From Candidatus Spongiisociaceae bacterium (lineage in GTDB: Bacteria; Actinomycetota; Acidimicrobiia; Spongiisociales; Spongiisociaceae): a stretch of DNA of 64,000 nucleotides. The notes under the pieces were generated by a model. That model was given only the letters and a program-made list of their open reading frames with translations. It was not told the DNA's origin and ran no database searches. Both the position numbers and the translations under genes were made by a program. Below are positions 62,170 to 64,000 of the stretch, one piece after another; position 1 is the first letter of the stretch; each line of letters opens with the position of its first letter. The stretch lies in assembly GCA_965219685.1 (NCBI GenBank), contig CBDCOH010000002.1:1-64000 (forward strand). Direction: 5' to 3'.

Positions 62170-64000
62170 GTGTCCGAGGCGGTAATCGCCTACGACAAGG
62201 ATCTCCCGGAGGTTCCGGGCCGCGTCCCGTGGGAACCGCCGACTTCATACCTGGTTAAGGACGAGGGCGCGCCGAGCGGGTGGCGTGTCGACAACTCCGG
62301 GCGGCGTCCGAGCCAACTCTTGGTGGTCCCGAAGATCCGAGAAGCTGTGGATATTTGGCGGGCCAGTGAGTACGAAGGCGGTTCCGAGGTCACCCGCCGC
62401 CTTTTCCGGTACTGGTTCCACGAGGATCACGAGGTTGCCGGATTCGATGCGCCGTTCCGGTACTGGTTCTGTCAACGTGAGGCTATCGAGACGTTGGCGT
62501 GGCTAATCGAGGTCGACGGTCGGCTGGACACCAAGGAGTTGATCGAGGCCCACGTCGCGATCTTCCAGCGTGACCTGATCTCGAAGAACGTGGAGTTCCA
62601 GACCACCATGGATGGTCGAAGGCAGATCCGCCGTTACGTGCCAGAGTCGGACTCGGAAGGTGTACAGGATCTGCCGCCTGAGAACCTGCCCCGCTTCGCC
62701 TTCAAGATGGCTACCGGCTCAGGAAAGACCTGGGTGATGGCGATGGCCCTGGTGTGGTGTTACTTCCACAAGCAACGAGTACCTGACTCGAACCTTTCCA
62801 CGAACTTCCTTATCGTGGCCCCGAACGTGATCGTGTACCAACGGCTCGAGAAGGATTTCGCGAACAATCGGATATTCCACAAGCTGCCGTTGATTCCGCC
62901 AGAGTGGAGAGGCGGCTTCTCGCAGAGGGTGATCCTGCGCGGGGAGGCCATCGAGCCCGACCCGTCAGGAAACCTGTTCCTCACCAACATCCAACAACTC
63001 TACGAATCTCGGGAACCAGAATGGACCCCTACCAACGCCGTGGACGCCCTACTTGGGAGGAAGCCCGCCCAGAACCTGGCTGTGTCCGGTCAGCGTTCCA
63101 TGCTGGAGAGAGTCAAGTCACTGCCCGATCTCGTGGTGCTGAACGACGAGGCCCACCACGTCCATGACGAAGACCTAGCCTGGACTAGGTCGCTGCTCAC
63201 CGTCCATCAGGAACTCCCGAGGGGTATCAGCACTTGGCTGGATTTTTCGGCCACACCCAGGGACCAGAACGGCATGTACTTTCCCTGGACGGTCTGTGAT
63301 TACCCACTCGCCCAGGCTGTCGAGGACCGGATCGTCAAAGCGCCCCTGATCGTCACCAATGCGGACGACCCGACACAGCCTGCCGATGATCCGAGGCAAG
63401 TCACGAGAGTCAACGCTGTAGAGAAATACGGTTACTGGCTCCGGGCCGCGGTGGCGCGCTGGAAGGAGCACGAGAAGGTCTATAAGGCGCTCTCGGTCAA
63501 GCCGGTCCTCTTCATAATGACAGAGAAGACGCTCTGGGCTAACACTATCGGGGAGTACTTGTATACAACCGAGGAGTTCGGTTTCAAAAAGTCCGAAGTG
63601 CTCATCATCCACACGAACAGCGAGGGCGTAGTCCAAAAGAAAGCCCTTGACCGGGCCCGCAAGGAGGCACGCGATATCGACGAGGCCAAAAGTAGGATTA
63701 AGGTCATCGTTAGCGTGCTGATGCTACGGGAGGGGTGGGATGTACGAAACGTGACGGTCGTGCTCGGATTGCGTCCGTTCACAGCCCGACGGGAAATCCT
63801 CCCCGAGCAGGTGATCGGTCGCGGACTGCGTTTGATGTCACAAGTGAGCCCAGATCGCACCCAGACCCTGGAAGTGCTCGGTACACGAAATCTTCTCGAC
63901 TTCCTGCGCGACAAACTCGAAGCGGAAGGGGTCGGAGTCGTCAGTACAAAGAAGACGCCTCCACTACCGATCACGATCGAACCGGTACTAGAGCGGTTGG
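62170..64000 (+). CDS. res: Type III restriction endonuclease Res subunit (SF2 helicase), 3'-truncated by the window edge
   Basis: Not in the ORF track; translated by hand from GTG 62170: CQREAIETL, FKMATGSGKT, NDEAHH, FSATP, MLREGWDV, EQVIGRGLR. Confidence 0.9.
   Translation, partial: MSEAVIAYDKDLPEVPGRVPWEPPTSYLVKDEGAPSGWRVDNSGRRPSQLLVVPKIREAVDIWRASEYEGGSEVTRRLFRYWFHEDHEVAGFDAPFRYWFCQREAIETLAWLIEVDGRLDTKELIEAHVAIFQRDLISKNVEFQTTMDGRRQIRRYVPESDSEGVQDLPPENLPRFAFKMATGSGKTWVMAMALVWCYFHKQRVPDSNLSTNFLIVAPNVIVYQRLEKDFANNRIFHKLPLIPPEWRGGFSQRVILRGEAIEPDPSGNLFLTNIQQLYESREPEWTPTNAVDALLGRKPAQNLAVSGQRSMLERVKSLPDLVVLNDEAHHVHDEDLAWTRSLLTVHQELPRGISTWLDFSATPRDQNGMYFPWTVCDYPLAQAVEDRIVKAPLIVTNADDPTQPADDPRQVTRVNAVEKYGYWLRAAVARWKEHEKVYKALSVKPVLFIMTEKTLWANTIGEYLYTTEEFGFKKSEVLIIHTNSEGVVQKKALDRARKEARDIDEAKSRIKVIVSVLMLREGWDVRNVTVVLGLRPFTARREILPEQVIGRGLRLMSQVSPDRTQTLEVLGTRNLLDFLRDKLEAEGVGVVSTKKTPPLPITIEPVLERL

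Overview
High-GC bacterial DNA that looks actinobacterial, probably Acidimicrobiia-like. This is inferred from F420/LLM enzymes, cofC, lipoprotein SBPs with Ala/Thr/Pro linkers and a leaderless-type promoter. 1-10.3 kb: molybdenum-hydroxylase loci, including a form I aerobic CO dehydrogenase (coxMSL, AYRCSFR motif) followed by an XdhC-YHS fusion. 10.4-52 kb: a PIN-type toxin-antitoxin pair, three ABC importers, a hydantoinase/oxoprolinase-racemase-amidohydrolase operon, pheA, an uncharacterised SnoaL/DHDPS-like/cyclodeaminase operon, a frameshifted katG, cofC and an IclR-linked catabolic cluster. 52.3-64 kb: a defence island with a Sir2-APAZ + short Argonaute (SPARSA-type) operon, divergent from a RadC - UvrD/Fe-S PD-(D/E)XK nuclease - type III Mod - Res operon. 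Signals the ORF track misses: (i) a glutaredoxin with an in-frame UGA in a UxxC motif and a SECIS-like hairpin (probable selenoprotein), (ii) several intergenic 7-bp tandem arrays that contain gene stop codons, (iii) two single-base insertions that split genes, and (iv) the Res gene running off the right edge. All calls come from reading motifs by eye; no database searches were run.
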